Shown here: one piece after another, positions 25,581 to 39,152 of the stretch
How the letters are laid out: every line of letters starts with the position of its first letter
Position numbering within the stretch: the stretch's first letter is position 1
Assembly: GCA_905178155.1 (NCBI GenBank)
Contig: CAJINV010000008.1
Coordinates: 992,001 to 1,056,000, forward strand
Length of the DNA stretch: 64,000 nucleotides
Source of the DNA: Amoebophrya sp. A120
Lineage: Eukaryota > Protista > Dinoflagellata
Direction: 5' to 3'
Program-made: the position numbers and the translations under genes
Notes under the pieces: generated by a model
The model's database searches: none
What the model was told of the DNA's origin: nothing
What the model saw: the letters and a program-made list of their open reading frames with translations, nothing else

Positions 25581-28500
25581 ATGCTATCTGGAGGAACGGC
25601 GCGTCTTACTTCCGGTCGTGAGGGCCGCGATGCTAGATTTACGGAAGCAAGCAGCGCTGTGCTCGACGTTGGCTCGCCGCCACCCGTCAAAATATTTCGC
25701 AAGGACGTAGCGGGCCAGCGCGACATCCAGGCGCAGCAAGAGACGCGCATCGCTGGAGCCGCCGCCTTGCGAAACAAGATGCGCTACTCCGCGGAAGAGC
25801 TGATGGGTATATAATGAGCGACAAGAAAGCGCTAGTTCTACTTCTAGTAGTCGAAGAGCGACTTCATGAGATCAAGCGCTATCTCGATCGTGTTTCATTC
25901 TTCTGCCAACGGTGGTGTATTCTTCTTGATCATGAAAGTAAGTATCACTAAAACTAAAAGGCATTTCAAGCCTGCGACGTGGTTTAGCCGCCAGATACGT
26001 GCGGTCCATGTGATTTATTTCACGAAAATTCTACTGCATTGACAGGGGAGAAAGTGTCTACGGAGATGCACCGCACCAAGCGAGCTTCCTACCCAAGCTT
26101 GCCGTGCTACGACTGCGGGCGGGCGAGTAAGTGCATCTGTTGCGACAAGGAGGAGCTTACGGAGATGCTGTTGGAGCCACGCATGGTGCGCAAGATGCGG
26201 GATAAGGGCACGATGTTTGACCGCACGTGTCTGCTCGACGAGGGGCTGATCACCGAGGAGCAGCAGGACAAGGAGAACGAGGTGGAGTATCGTAAGGAAA
26301 AGTCCCCCCTCCCCATATTTAAAACGCAGCCGTCTGAAAATTTGTGATGCACATTTGTGACCTCAAATCCTGTTTGTCTTGCAAGAAGGCAAGTCAAGAG
26401 AGCCCCCCGAATTTTGCAGGCGGTTTGTGATGCTGTTGGGCTTAGAGCATGCACGTTTGTCATGCTAGGCGCCTACGTCAAAACCCCTCGGCTGAGGCCT
26501 GACATATGCCTGCAGTCCTCTACTGCAAGACAAATCTGATTTGTGTACGGAAATCCAGCATCAGAGCCCTCGTTTCGATATGGGGAGGGGGGATGTTTCC
26601 TTTTGATATGGAGGAGGAGTTCGCGCGGCTGAACGACGCCATCTACGACTGGACCGCGAAGTGCGAGGTGCTGCGGGAGCGGAACAAGAAGCTTCTGGAG
26701 GAGAAGGACACTCTATTTAACGCCAACGTCAGCCTAAAGGAGAAGCTGCGCTTCACGGAAGGCCGCATGGAGGAACTCGAGGAGGCCACAGAGGAGCTGG
26801 AGGGCAAAGTCGCTCGGCGAGATCAGGAACTAAAGGAGGCCGCCGAGTCTGCGGAGCGCGAACGGCGGAGGGCGCAGCATACCCTGGACATGGCCCATGA
26901 ACACCGCCGCGGGTCCGTGGAGTTTCTTGCAGACAAGAGCGGGGCTCTCGTCGAGAAAGCGCGGGCAGTGCAGGGTTGGAAGGAGGTCGTCCTGGCACGG
27001 AAATACGAGAAAGTGCAGAAGCGGCTCGCGGAGGCGGACCGGCGTGCGCAGCTGGATCTGAAGGTGGCTGAAACGCAAAAGGAGACGGCGCTGCGCAAAT
27101 TGAAGGAGGGCTTCGCGAAGGAACGGCAGAAACTCGTGGAAGAGAGGGACGAGGAAAAGAAGCAGGAAGTACTGAAGGGAAAAAAGCTCCTAAAAGAGAG
27201 CGAACAGGAAAGGAAGAAGCTCGAGGTAGTCATCCCTTTGACACGTATTAAAACGGTCTCCATGAAAAAATAAAAACTAGTGCATTTACGACCTACCATA
27301 GTGAATAAGTACATGATGATCTTTTCCATTTTACCAGCATTTTTACGAAAGGGAATTAGAATTGCCTCGCGCTTTACTTGCAATCCAATTCGCTGCAAGA
27401 ACAACGAGTAGAGTACTTTTTACATCACAGGCCAAGGTGGAAGCGTTGGAACAGCGTCTGCAGAAGCGAGTCGACGAGATGGCGCACCTGAACAAGCAGC
27501 TCCGCCGGCATTCGGAGATGGAGGACGATCTGCACAATGACGCGGCCGCTAAGTATTCAAACAGAAAAATGTTGTCCACAGCACTCAAGTCAGGAACAAC
27601 AAAACTGCATCTTCTCTGCAAAACGAAAAAATCAAAATGCGTTTTCAACACACGCACTACCTCCTGCACTACTAGCTGCAAATGCTGTTGCTTATCGAGG
27701 GATTTCACTGATGACATACAAAATATCACTCAATTTCGACTCGACCTAGTAGCATTTTTCTGTTTTCATCTGGCATACGACGACTGACAATATGGCACGG
27801 ACAGATCGTTTTTTTCCAACTAGTTCGAAAAATTTTGAATACGTATTTGCATGATCGCAAACGATAGTCGTTTTTGTGTAGCTAAACATGTGTACCATAG
27901 AGAATCATCACGAGCTAGCTAGTGTGAATACAAATACACGTCATGAGCTAGCTAGGTAACCTCAAGCTATCTAGTCTTGTGGATTAGACTAGATAGCTTA
28001 AGGTTAAGTAGTTCACATGTGTAGCTACGTATGTGCTTCTCTAGTTATTAGCTAGTGAATTAGCTAACACACTCATACAAATTAGCAGCTCAGAAGCTGC
28101 ACTTCATGCATTCAAAAGAGCTATTCAAAATTTTTCGAACGACATGAAAAAAAACGATCTGTCCGGGCCATAGACAAACTGGCGCAGTTGCAGGCCGACC
28201 TGACGAAGAAGGAATACGAATTGGCTCTGTCCCGAAACCGTTCCCCGGAGAAAGAGATCGTGGAGGTCGAGAAGCCATCCACTGGGCTTCCCGCAATTGA
28301 CGAAGACGCGTTGCGCGAGAAAATCAAACAGGAGCTTTTGTTGACGCAGAAACAGAGCCTGGAGGTAGACGAGCTGCACGAAAAGCTGGCGAAAGCCTCA
28401 CGGAACCTGGCACACACGCGCGAGCGCCTGGAGCAGGAGCAGGCAGCTTGCGAAAAAATGGCCGCGGAGCTGGTGGATCGGCGACACAAAGTGGAATCGT

Positions 28501-30011
28501 TGGAGCTCCAGGTGAGCCTAGAAATTCGGCACCACCTGCAGGCACAGGAAGCGTTCCATGCACTGGTGCGCAAATTGCAGCACATGCAGCTGGAGCTGCA
28601 CGCCAAGGACAAAACCATCCAGCGCAAACGCGTCAAGGATCCCTACCTGGCGGAGAACTACGAGGGCCAGAAGTTGCTGAGCGCGGAGCTCAGCAAAAAA
28701 GTGAACGCCATGTCGCGCCGCATGAAGCTCGTGCACAAGCTCGCCGCTCGACTGAAGGCACCGAGCATTCGAGCCTTGTTCCAGCGACTCACCTCCTCCT
28801 CCAGTGCGACGAAGGGGGATGTTGGAAAATATATCACGGGAAAGAGTAGCACAGCAGATCATTCTGCATCACATCATCACAACTTGGCACGCAGTGGTGC
28901 TAACTCGGCTGCAAGTCGCGTTGAGAACACTTTGAACCGACGCGACGTCCGAGATCAACATGGAGCCAGCCCGCCGACCACCTCGGGAACAATGCTAGCG
29001 ACGCGTGGAGTGTCCTCTCCAGATAACTTCAAAACGGGCGATGTCGACACAGCAGGCCGACCGAAGACAAAAACGGGCAGCGCCGTCACGGCGTATTTGG
29101 AGACACTAGCACTCGCTGGAGCAGGAACTCCTGGTGGTCGTGCCACATCCGCCTCGCCTCGTTCGGCTTCTCCAAAGTCGAAGATCGGGGAGCCGACGAA
29201 ATTCGTCATTGAAACGGAAGTAGAGCGAAAAAAGCAAATCCCGCCGGATCGTGAGGGGTATGCAAGAGGGACGTCTCCGCGGAGTCAAGCTGCAGCGGTT
29301 GGCGCTAACAAGGGATCAGAGTTTCTTTATTCGCCTAGGCGGAGCACAAGCGTTGGACAACAAAAGCTTTCGCCTGGCGGAAGGAGCCACCAGGAGCGCG
29401 GATGGGAAATAAACACAGCGACGAGTAGTAGGAAGGCGCCCGATCATCTTCTTGTCGTAAACTTCTCAGGCAATGAATTTGAATTGCAGCCAGAACAGAA
29501 GGACTCCTGCAGCCAGGCCAATGCAGCTCGTGGCGGCTTGCTACTGAATGACCACAGTGTCGAGGAGCCGCTCGGTGTGGTCAAAAACGACGACAACCTC
29601 CTTCTGGCTCCTGATGAAGAACAAGTTGTGGAAGAAGACCTGCGCCAAGCGGACAGCGCGTCTGTGGCGTCGTCTGCAGTAACGCAGAAGCTTTACAACA
29701 CCAGCATGCTTTTTCCGGCACCAAAATCAGGGCTGGCGTCGAACTACCTGCCGTCGCCTCAGGACATTGCAAGAGAGCAAGCAGCCTACTCTTCGTCTCC
29801 CTTCGACCTCGAGTTGCCGTCTGGGCGATATCGATCGCCGCCACCGGCTGCACAGAAGCAACGAGCAGCGGAAAAACGAGCCCGCGCTCCCCTTGTCGAC
29901 ACTGCGCCAATTATATCCAGCCCAGGACGACGAAACGAAGACGAGCTTCGTGATGTGGATTCGTCGTCAGTCTACGCAACAGACACCGAGCAGCTCACAC
30001 GTTACGTGTAG
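25581..30011 (+). CDS. Large coiled-coil protein with a low-complexity C-terminus, function unknown
   Basis: E/K/R/L-rich heptad exons join in frame through GT-AG introns 25807-26045 and about 27226-27430, plus three introners. The start is uncertain. Confidence 0.75.
26288..26608. mobile_element. Introner (321 bp)
   Basis: TIR tatcgtaaggaaaagtcccccctccccatat / atatggggaggggggatgtttccttttgata. DR TGGAG at 26283-26287 and 26609-26613. Removal gives ENEVE|EEFARL. Confidence 0.93.
27554..27777. mobile_element. Older introner (224 bp)
   Basis: Starts tattcaaacagaaaaatg and ends catttttctgttt..ggcata. Decayed DR CTAAG/CGACG. Confidence 0.65.
27791..28172. mobile_element. Introner (382 bp) with about 50-bp TIR and AGCTAG-rich interior
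   Basis: TIR tatggcacggacagatcgtttttt..gttcgaaaaattttgaata / tattcaaaatttttcgaac..aaaaaacgatctgtccgggccata. DR GACAA at 27786-27790 and 28173-28177. Confidence 0.93.
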
Positions 30012-31154
30012 GATTTCTGCTTTGCCTCATTTTGCAAGCGACAACACAAACCAACGAATACGAACATAGTCCTCAGTCACGTCGGATTCTTTGGTTGAGT
30101 GCGTGATGGTCTACTTACTTCTCGCCACCCGGCACCCGGCGCAGCTGCCGCAATTACAACGGCGTTCTTGAACGCACACCATAGAGACGCTGGAAAATGT
30201 TGATACCAAGTACCGCTAGGGCGCTTTTTCTATTGGCGTAACTCAGTCATTGCCTCTGTTTGTGTCCGGAGGAACACATGCGCTCTCGCCGCTTGTCCGT
30301 TGCCACATGCGCTATCAACAAGCCAGTGCCAAAAACAAAAACTGTCATCCACCTACGTACAGATTTTGTTCGATAAACTTATACTAGAAGCATATGCGTA
30401 TTTAGGTATGTCTATGTGTTTGTATTTCTGCCGTCAATCTCAATTACAATGAATTGTGAGGGCGCGCCGCATCCATGAAAGCCTTCTGAATCTTCCGCAC
30501 AGCGGTCGTGTATGATCGCTTTGGCTAGTTTCAGCTAAAAATGAACAAAAAAAAAATTCCATGGTGAAGACCAGAACCACTTGAACGAGAGGAAGGCTGA
30601 TCCAAGCACATTTCCGAGCACCATGCTGGTGTTCGTCCTCTGTCCTGTTTAACATACCAGTTTTCCCAATCACAGACGAACACCGGCAGAGAAGGGCAAC
30701 ATCCGTCCACCGTGTAAAGAGATGAAGGAAAAGAATGGCGTGGCCGACTTTTTGTTTTTTCATAAAAGATCGCGATCTAATAGGACCAGCATGTCGAAAG
30801 AACGATAGCCATAGCACAGCAACAGGTGGAGCACCAACGCGATCCATTTCACAGGCACATGCTCGATACAACATGCCTCGTCCTATCATGGTCTTCAGCA
30901 TTTTTGCAGCGATCGTGGAGCGGCAAACAACAAAGCACACGAAACCACTTTAGCGATCCACCTTCACGCTCTCGCAAACTTTTTTTCTTTTGGTGAATCT
31001 GCTTCACTGTGTGTTTCAAGTCATTCTGATCACCCGCAGGCTCATTCGTTCCTCCGAGAAAATTTTTCCGTACTAGTAATTCGCTTTTTGTTCCCTTGTT
31101 CAATCATAGTGTTTCTCTTTCTTCTTCGTGCACTTGTGCCTACTCCGACAGAAA

Positions 31155-33388
31155 ATGGCGCCTGCAGGAACAGACGGGAGTGACGCAAAAGGGGCAACGA
31201 AACAGTACAGTTGCGACCTTTTCTTGTGAAGTTTGTCAATAGCTTAAAGTTGAAACTCCACTCAGCTGAATCTGAACGGACGCATCCCTCCTTGATCTAC
31301 TTCATTTTTTTTTTGTCGGAAAATAATCACGATTGTCAAAGATGTTTTATCAACATCTTGATCTTGTGACTTCAAAACAGGGGGGACGGTGACTTGTCTC
31401 CAAGCGACGTGATTCCAGATCAGTATGACTACGAAGAGGAGGAGGGCGAGGATGAGGAAGCGCTGGTCGTGAAGGACCTCGTAAAACTGGACGAGGAATA
31501 CGCAGTTTTGACGAGCGAGCTGAAGCAGGAACTGGAAAAAGTGAAGGCCCAGTTCGCGAAGAAGCTCAACAGGAACCTCGACACACGGAAGGCGATACTT
31601 GCTTCCGCGCCAGCCGCCACGGAGACGGCGGGCGAGGGTGGAAACGCGAAGGACAGAGCAGGACAAAGCGACAGCGCCGCAGATGTTGAGGTAACACAAC
31701 TCGACGAAATGCAGAAGCACGCCAACTCCCTCGGAACACCCAAAATTCCCGGTTTCTGGCTAGAGTGCTTCCAGCGGTCCGACCTGAAGGAGTTTGTCCA
31801 GGACGTGGACATCTGTTGTCTCGAGTACCTGGAGAACATGGAATTTTTGGAAAAGAGCGGCCACCTTTTCGCGGACTTCCTGTTCAAACCAAATCCTTTC
31901 TTCACGAATAGAACCATCCGCAAAGCGGTATTTCTCAAGGAGCGAGAATACATGGACGGGGAGTTCGATGTGCTATCGACGCAGTGTTCCCAAATCCACT
32001 GGAAAAAAGGCAAAAACATCACGCAAAAGAAAGTCCAAGTGGACAATAAACCTGAACGAGGTCGCAAAGGGCGCGGCGGAAAAGGTGCGCATGATTGGAA
32101 TTGTAGAGTACAGAGCTTTCATCTTACTACAGGCGATCAACACATGATTACAGCACTGCGGGTTCGCACTGCCATTGCGAAAGAATTGAAGGCAATGCTA
32201 TCGCTACTTCATGTCGCTAGACGAGCACGACAAGATTTTTGCCGGGTTTTTCGTCTTGCCTAGATCAGAGATTTATATAAGCAATGCGACTCGCATTGAT
32301 CGCAAAACCGGCCGCGGTTTGTCGCATCGCTCGCATTGCTCGCAAATCATTGGCGCCCGCCAGCAGTTAGGTGCGTGGCGATAGGGTAAGGGCCTAACCG
32401 TCGGGATTCGCGAATTGCCTGACGGGAGGCTGGCCTGCATATGCAGGCTGTAGTGGTCTTGCCCTTGTTCTCTCCTTTGGAAGAATAGTGCTGAGGGTTA
32501 GGCGTTTTCTCTTTCTCGAGCGAAGAAACAAAAACAAACTCAATAAATACAAGCGACGGCCTTTGCGCGGCCCGTTTGGGGTCTAGCTAGGTAGGTTAGG
32601 ATTAGGGGTAGCCCGCTGAAGTGCGCCCCAATAGTGGGCATATGCTCACGAAGTCGCGAGGAGTTGTCGCAAGACTTGCGACAGATCCGCGCTCTCGCGA
32701 CTCGCAGGCCGTCGCATCCGTGTCGCATTGCTCGCATTGCTCGCAAATCATTGCCGGGGTTTCCTTATATAAATCACTGCTAGATGAATTGCACTTCCAC
32801 CTCAGGCCGAACCTGAAAGAATACCCCATAGAATCGCAACGTACTGATTTGCTCCCCTTCTCAGGTAACAAGCAGGGCAGCCGCGAAGTGACCGTTACAC
32901 AGGAATCCTTTTTCAGCACATTTTTTCGCAGTCTCGGGGAGGATGTGGAGGACCACAGGGACGGTCTTCTGAACCCAGAGAGGTATCCCTCGTTAGCGGA
33001 TTTGAAAAAACTTGATGCCATCGCGTGCCGGACCGGGGCGGATCCTCCAGTTGCTGATGAGGCAGCACCAGAAAAGAATGATAAAGACGCGAGCGGAAAT
33101 GCGAAAAACGCGTGCGATTTTCGTTCCGTGGGGGAGCTGTACGCTTACGAGAAGAAAATCTGCGAGGAAGACGAGGAGGACGAGGACGATTACTACGAGA
33201 CGCTGCTCTCCGAGGCTCTGGAAAGCTTCCAACTGTTAAAGAACAGTATCTTTCCTCGGGCGATACGCTACTACCGAGGGGAAGTGGAGCTGTATGCCGA
33301 CGAAGGCGAAGAAGACAGCGACGACGAGGGGGAATATTCGAGTGAGGGCGAGGGGTCCAACACCTGGGCAAAGGATGACGACGAGTAG
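31155..33388 (+). CDS. Nucleosome assembly protein (NAP/SET family)
   Basis: Motifs KIPGFWLECF, FLFKPNPFFTN, IHWKKGKNIT, ESFFSTFF and IFPRAIRYY, plus an acidic tail. Introns 31205-31380 (tentative) and 32085-32864. Confidence 0.9.
32266..32779. mobile_element. MITE-like insertion inside a canonical NAP intron
   Basis: TIR cagagatttatataag / cttatataaatcactg (15/16). Flanking duplication CTAGAT at 32260-32265 and 32780-32785. Repeated ctcgcattg motifs near both ends. Confidence 0.85.
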
Positions 33389-34597
33389 GTGGCCTCCCTA
33401 GTACCTGAAAACTTTACTAATGCCAGACGACAGGTGCAGCTGCAGATGATCAAAACGGGACCACGCTGCCTGGGACCTGTCTGCACCGGTCTGGTTTGTG
33501 AAGATGCAGGGTCTCTATGAAAGTGATTCTCATTTTCTGACCGTGACAGTCACAACGCAGATATCGATCGGACATGACTGAGGAAAGTATCGCATTAAGA
33601 TATAAAAAGATCCTCGACTCGGACATCGATGGCGGACATTTTTAGGATACGAGACTTTTGTATTTCCGCCTGTTCTCGTACTACCGCCAAGTAATTATTT
33701 GATGAAGCAGCTGCTGCTGCAAACGACGACGCTGAGATTCTGCGTTCGCCGATGTGCCTTCGATGGGAAGCCCTGGTGAACGTGTTCTCCTTGACTATCC
33801 ATCTAAAGCTTTCTCTTTAAGTTGCACAGTAATATACTCCTACACAGATACTCAGTGATCTTGTCACGGGCACGGGTTCTTTGATGGACGTACAGAAAAT
33901 CATTTTTCGCTTTGTCGGTAAAAGAAAAGAACAAGCCCTAAGCTGGGAGGAGGTACTCAGTGGTTTATTTCTGGCGCGTAATCATGCCTTGTCGTCGGTG
34001 GTCGTGGTTCGGGTATGAACGTTGAAGCCGTGTGAAATGTCGTTGCTCATACAACTACTACCTGGAGTCGTACGTTGCGGAGGTTAATAGTGTATCATTA
34101 CGAATACACATCGCGTGCCACATCTTGCACCTTTGCAGCTAATCTGCTAAAAGTGGAATGGCCATGGCGCGTCTAGTAAGTATCACGTCGAAGAACCAGG
34201 GACTCAAGCCAAAAAAAAGGGACTCGTATGACTGCCGTAGTTTCAATGCTACTTGTATATCTGATTGCAGAAGAGGTCACACCGCAGTAAAGAAGTACTT
34301 ACGTATCTTCGTCATGTCCTTTTTTGAGGACGATTCGTACTAGAGCGTTGGGTAGAACTGAAAGTAGAACACGAACAACCGATACTGAAATATGAAATAC
34401 TTGGACTGTAATACGAAGGAGTCGGACGTTAAAACAAGTGGAGCGGAAGTCGTCGCAATGAATAGGATACCAGGAGAAAGGTGCCTAGTTTTTAGTTCTA
34501 AATCTAATCACTGTGTGCGTTGTCTGGTCATGTACTAGATTTTTTCAAGAAGAAATAATTTCTTTGCATAGAGGTAGGACTCTGGCTCGAAAGAAAA

Positions 34598-37500
34598 ATG
34601 CACCTGCTCGGAGCGCCAGTGGATGCAACAGCACTCGTGGACCCGCGGAAGACCGACGACATTATTTCGCCGAAGGCAGGAAACAAGGGCTGCAACACCA
34701 CCAACGCTGAAGGTGCACCAGACCAAGTACTAGAAGCTGCTTCTACCCGTCCACGACATGCCGGCTTGAACTTGATGTCGCTGCCGCCTGCTCCGCACGA
34801 CGAAAAGATGAACGGCACATCGGGGAAAGATGAAGCACCTGGCCTTATTCTTGCTGCACCCGCGGGTGACGCTTCATCTACTCGCGCGCATCAAGCTGAA
34901 CAGACGCACGTAGTTTGTGTGTTTGTAAACGCTGCAGAAGATGACTGCGTTGTTCTGAGCGCAAGAAAGCTCTTGGCGACGGCGCCCCCGACGGGCCCGG
35001 CCGGGGGGTTGTACAACCCGGCTGCAGCTTTATCGGGCGACACCACTGTTCTGGCCAAGAAGATTGAGTGGCTTGGCGAGAAGTTTCCTTTTTGGCGCGT
35101 CGTTCATTCGGTCGAGCAAGAAGGTGTGGCGAAGGATGTTGCAGAAAGAATGGCCGCGTCGAACAGTGAGATGGGCCGGCTCGTTGCGCCGTTCTTATCC
35201 ACAACTCGCGCCTGCCGCCCTCCGGACGCAAGTTCAAGTGGTGCAACTTCTTCTTCACCACCCGCTTTTCCCGCTGCATCAGGGAAGGAAATAACGTCTC
35301 ATGACAAAAGATCCACGTCCTTTCTATCCATAGCTGCGCCCAGCGCTCCTGGAAAAACGGAGAAACCAAACCATGAGACGCCCACAGGTGGAACACATGC
35401 CCAGCTTCATACCGTGGCGTCCGTTCAGTCGCTTGACGAACTGGTGGTGGTCTCTGTACCGGAGCAGGACGTATTTGCGGCCCTGAAAGCCCTGGTGGAG
35501 GAGACGACGCGGCCTGCATTGCGCGTAGGGGCCGGTCTCAGTCCCCGCAGCACTGCGACGGCGACCAGCCGGGCTGCCGCTTTTATTGCCGCAAAAGAAA
35601 CGGGCTTCTCCTGGATGGCGAACAACAAAAAGTCTTCTTCATCCTCGCGAAATGTGGATGACGAAGCTGCACCAGAGAGTGCGGTCGCTCCGCCCCAGAA
35701 ACGCTTGAAAATGGAGAAGACGGAGCAGGCTGCGGACGCAAAGAAGACGGCACCAGCTGCTGGAGAAAGTAGGAGTTGTACAGGGGTCGTGCCGGCGCAA
35801 ATTGTTTTCCAAAAGGAGGTGGACGGACTCCATCCGTCTCCCGAGCCTCGGAAGAATGCGAAAAATCTGACAATCGATACGAACATTATTGCCACGGAAG
35901 GAAATAAGGCGATTTTGCCGATGGTCGCAGACAGCTCGGGGACGACGACGAAACCGAACGAAAACGTAGACGACGGTGACACCAGCGGGAGTTCTTCGTC
36001 CGCCTCCAGTCACATCGTGGAAAAGAAAGCCCAGCATCCCGGGAAGCGCATCGAACTTTCGATGCGCGAACACATACCATTTGATTTGCTTCCAGCGCAA
36101 GTGCAGCAAAGCTTGGTTGCAAAACTAGACGACAACTGGGAAATACAAGCGGGATTCAACAAGAACGCGTTCACGAGCGTGCAACACCAGAAGCAAAATA
36201 TTCCGAGCGTGCAAGACCAGACGAGCGGGCAGGAGAGGTTCAGGGAAGATGCGAAGTCAATGGAGCTGGCAGCTGCAGTGTCGGGCAGACATGAATCAAG
36301 CCTGGACCGCCAGCCGATGAACACAGCTTTCAAACCAGCGCTTTCGACGATTGCGACCCCTGCACGAACCTTGATTCTGTTGGATTGGGATGACACGGTA
36401 TGTCAAATAATTTGTTCATATTGATATGCATTGAAAGGCCAATGTAATGACATAACTCATTCTGTTGGTGCGTGTGCAGCTGCTTGCTCTACTTTACGCC
36501 TTGTCTACTATGATAATCCTGATACTGCGTGGCCGGTTCCTGTTGCAACTGTTTGTCCGGTCTTGTTCCTCTCGGAATGGTTTTCGTTCTTAACGCGCGT
36601 GAAATAAACTAGAAGGATAATCATAATCAATATCAATAATCCATCCACTGTTCTAAAACTCTTACTAGTTGCTCCCCTCCGCATGGGTTGTGAAGCACAA
36701 GATTCTCCCGGAGGCAGATTTCCCGTTGCGGGAAAGCGAGAAAGAGCAGCTCCACCTGCTGGCCGACGAGGTGGTTCTGACTTTGCGGGTGTTGAAATCG
36801 CTGGGCCGCGTCGTATTGGTTACCAACGCAGAGGCGGGATGGATCGGGTGCAGTGCGCGCGCGCTCATGCCCAAGGTGTTCGCCGAGTTGAACGGGGTGC
36901 TCCAGATAAGCGCGCGCTCGAGGTACGAACCCGCGGGCTACCGAAGTCCGTTTGACTGGAAACGAAAAACTTTCGAGGACGAAGTTCGGAAATACTTTAA
37001 CCTTGGTGCGGCCTCTACTGCGTCAGCCAGCGCACCGAGGAGCTGTCCTCACGGTGACCGTCATCTCATGAATGTTGTCAGCATCGGAGACTCCGCCCAC
37101 GAGCGGGAGGCCCTGATTGACGTGTGCAAGAATCTCGACATCCCGATCGTTAAGTCGCTGAAGCTCTCGGAGCGCCCGCACCCGCGCCAGCTCCGCAAAC
37201 AGCACTCATTTCTGCACCAATTCTTGCCTCGCGTCGTGCAGTTTCCAGGATCGCTTGACCTGGTGCTCACTCGTGATCCTTTGTCCAAAAGCAAAAGTAG
37301 CGGCAACGCGAACGCGACAACGCCTGTGGCGCCCGCGATTCCGTACCTCCAAGGCGCTGCCGCTGGCGCGGCTAGTACTTCGGGGAAGAGCAACACGCCA
37401 CAAAGCTTAGCAGCGCACAAACGACTAGACACTGGAGATAGTAGGACATCGCTGCCGGGAGGACAAGTTACAGGCACCACTACTACGGACTTTCGACAGG

Positions 37501-37679
37501 CGGACCAAATCCAGGATTACGAGCACAATGCATTGCTTGCACCATCTCTCCTGCGGGGCCGCGGTTCTAGTCGACGTAAGAGCACCGCTTCTAGCGTGAG
37601 CGACAAAGCCAGGGCTGACGAAGACGCACTAAGATACGGCCAGTACGCCCGTCAGCAGGTCATGCGTGCTAACAAGTGA
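34598..37679 (+). CDS. HAD-superfamily-like protein (DWDDT motif) with a long low-complexity N-terminus
   Basis: LILLDWDDT|LLPS is joined by GT-AG intron 36398-36668. Further motifs VLVTNAEAGW, QISARSRYE, WKRKTF and NVVSIGDSAHEREAL. Confidence 0.85.
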
Positions 37680-39152
37680 TCCTGATGGGGGTGCTCAAAT
37701 TTAAAATGACATGACTCATTTCACATCAATAGATGTCAGCACTAGGAGCCCCAGCGCCACAGGAAGCCCACAACTTTTATTGAAAATTAAGACTGCTGCT
37801 CACAGCGATTCATACGCGCAAAGTATCAGACGTATATGAGATTTTTCTAGACATAGACTAACCGTAAAGCTAAAGACAGCTATTTTCATGTACTGATGTT
37901 GATCAAGGTTAACGAACGCGCAGAGCCCGGCGTTGGCGACAAGTCAGCCTGCAGCCCTATTGTCATAGAAAAGCTTCTTGCAGATGGTCACTGGACACGT
38001 AGGTTTGTCTGCATCGGACACAGTTTCCAACTTTATGTTGTTAGCACTCCTAAGACTTCAGAATTCAACATGACTTTTGGCCGGTATTAAGCTCGAGCAT
38101 ACAACATATCTAGCAGGTCGCGTTCTGCTCATTTAAATTGAAGACAAAACCACAGCTCGCTTCTTGCGCTTGTGGATATGTACATGTCACACTCGTCACT
38201 GCTCTCGCAGAGCGTGTAATTATCCTCATGTATGACAACTCTCTATCATACGTATTCGTAGTGTATTTGTACGTCGCTGTGTATGTGTTTCGAAAGAGAT
38301 AAAGAACCAATTAGAGCTGCACGGCACGAAAATCGTACGTTAAGGTTTCTTCATTTCCATCCTTCATCGATTACGTCGCAATCTTCGCCGTGGAAAAGTA
38401 GAATACAATTAGAATTACTTAATGTCGTATCAGAATCGCAGAGATCTACTTATGCAATGTACAGAAGACGAGCTGCAACTTCATGGACATGTTTATTTTT
38501 AAAAAGAACGAGCCGGGTTTTTCACAATATCAAGACCGTCCTCCACCACAGGAGGAGTTGTTCGTTCGGCCTGAAAAATTTCGGTGGAACCGAAGTCCGC
38601 CTCGGTCGTTCTTGCTAGATCATGAATCATCTTCGTCCTCGAGTTGAAGAGGCACATAACGCATGAAGAAAGTCGTACACGATTTCTGCACCGTCTAGCA
38701 TGAAAGAATGAGATCTCGGTAAAACTCCATCGTGCAATGGTGTTAAGACTTGCTTTTGTAAGTCAATATCAAGAATTTCGGTTTCGTGCAGAAAACGCAA
38801 GGATGAGACACCATAAAAATCGTTCCAGCAGTAACTCCCAGCACTTTTGACTGAAGTCGGTTGTGTCGTACAATCTGCGGTCGTGCTCTCGCATTCGAGG
38901 ATAACGCTGAAAAAAAGACCCGTGTTGACCTGTGGTGCTTGTGAGTATCTAACGTACAACTATCATTTTCCTCCTTTATTTATTTTCCACATCCACAGTG
39001 AAGCAAGAGACTTTTTCGTATTCCCGTAACTCAGGCTTTTCGTTTATTGAACGCTCAGAAAGTCACCCGACTGACTGTGAACCCGCTTCCTGCACAATAA
39101 AGATTTGAAAAAGTTTAAGGAAGTACTACTTCAACAACTTCTGCAAATCATC

